In this document: piece after piece, positions 63,960-64,000 of the stretch
Layout: each line of letters begins with the position of its first letter
Position numbering within the stretch: position 1 is the stretch's first letter
Position numbers and translations under genes: made by a program
The notes under the pieces: model-generated
Seen by the model: only the letters and a program-made list of their open reading frames with translations
Told to the model about the DNA's origin: nothing
Database searches by the model: none
Assembly (NCBI GenBank): GCA_035571875.1
Contig: DATNBR010000027.1
Span: 3,780 to 67,779 of the forward strand
Direction: 5' to 3'
DNA length: 64,000 nt
DNA from: Lacisediminihabitans sp.
Lineage (GTDB): Bacteria; Actinomycetota; Actinomycetes; Actinomycetales; Microbacteriaceae

Positions 63960-64000
63960 CCACAGTTCACGCCTGCGTCAGGCGCGTTGCGATCGACCCG

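Overview
Very GC-rich chromosomal segment of a high-GC Actinomycetota genome. Gene order and repeat type suggest Micrococcales/Microbacteriaceae, but that is inference only. Nearly all of it is core or housekeeping DNA. The right half holds the conserved backbone leuS-comEA-comEC-holA / rpsT / lepA ... hemW / hrcA-dnaJ-rsmE. The left half starts with rsfS and a tRNA-Ala(GGC). In between are four functional blocks. (1) A roughly 10 kb molybdenum island at 12.6-23.0 kb, with a small cytoplasmic Mo-domain protein, an FNR-like reductase and a Cys4 mini-protein, then moeA, a moaC-mogA fusion, an HTH-TOBE regulator, modABC and a polytopic sulfite-oxidase-like enzyme. (2) A LacI-controlled alpha-glucoside locus (GH13 enzyme plus ABC binding protein and two permeases, no ATPase gene). 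(3) A divergent GH15/zwf pair. (4) A TetR gene followed by an osmoprotectant-type ABC importer. I found no CRISPR array, integrase, transposase, prophage, toxin-antitoxin pair or recognisable defence system. The only mobile-looking element is a DUF222/HNH gene bracketed by REP-like repeats inside the Mo island. The most system-like unexplained item is the translationally coupled Mo-domain/FNR/Cys4 trio at 12651-14232. Other items worth a second look are an internal twin-arginine motif in the polytopic Mo enzyme, several non-coding repeats and palindromes (8026-8065, 14342-14474, 18241-18288, 34369-34900, 53645-53688, 63079-63180) and a 300-nt hairpin-rich leader at 56407-56706. The many long antisense ORFs in the track look like GC-driven shadow ORFs and are not called.
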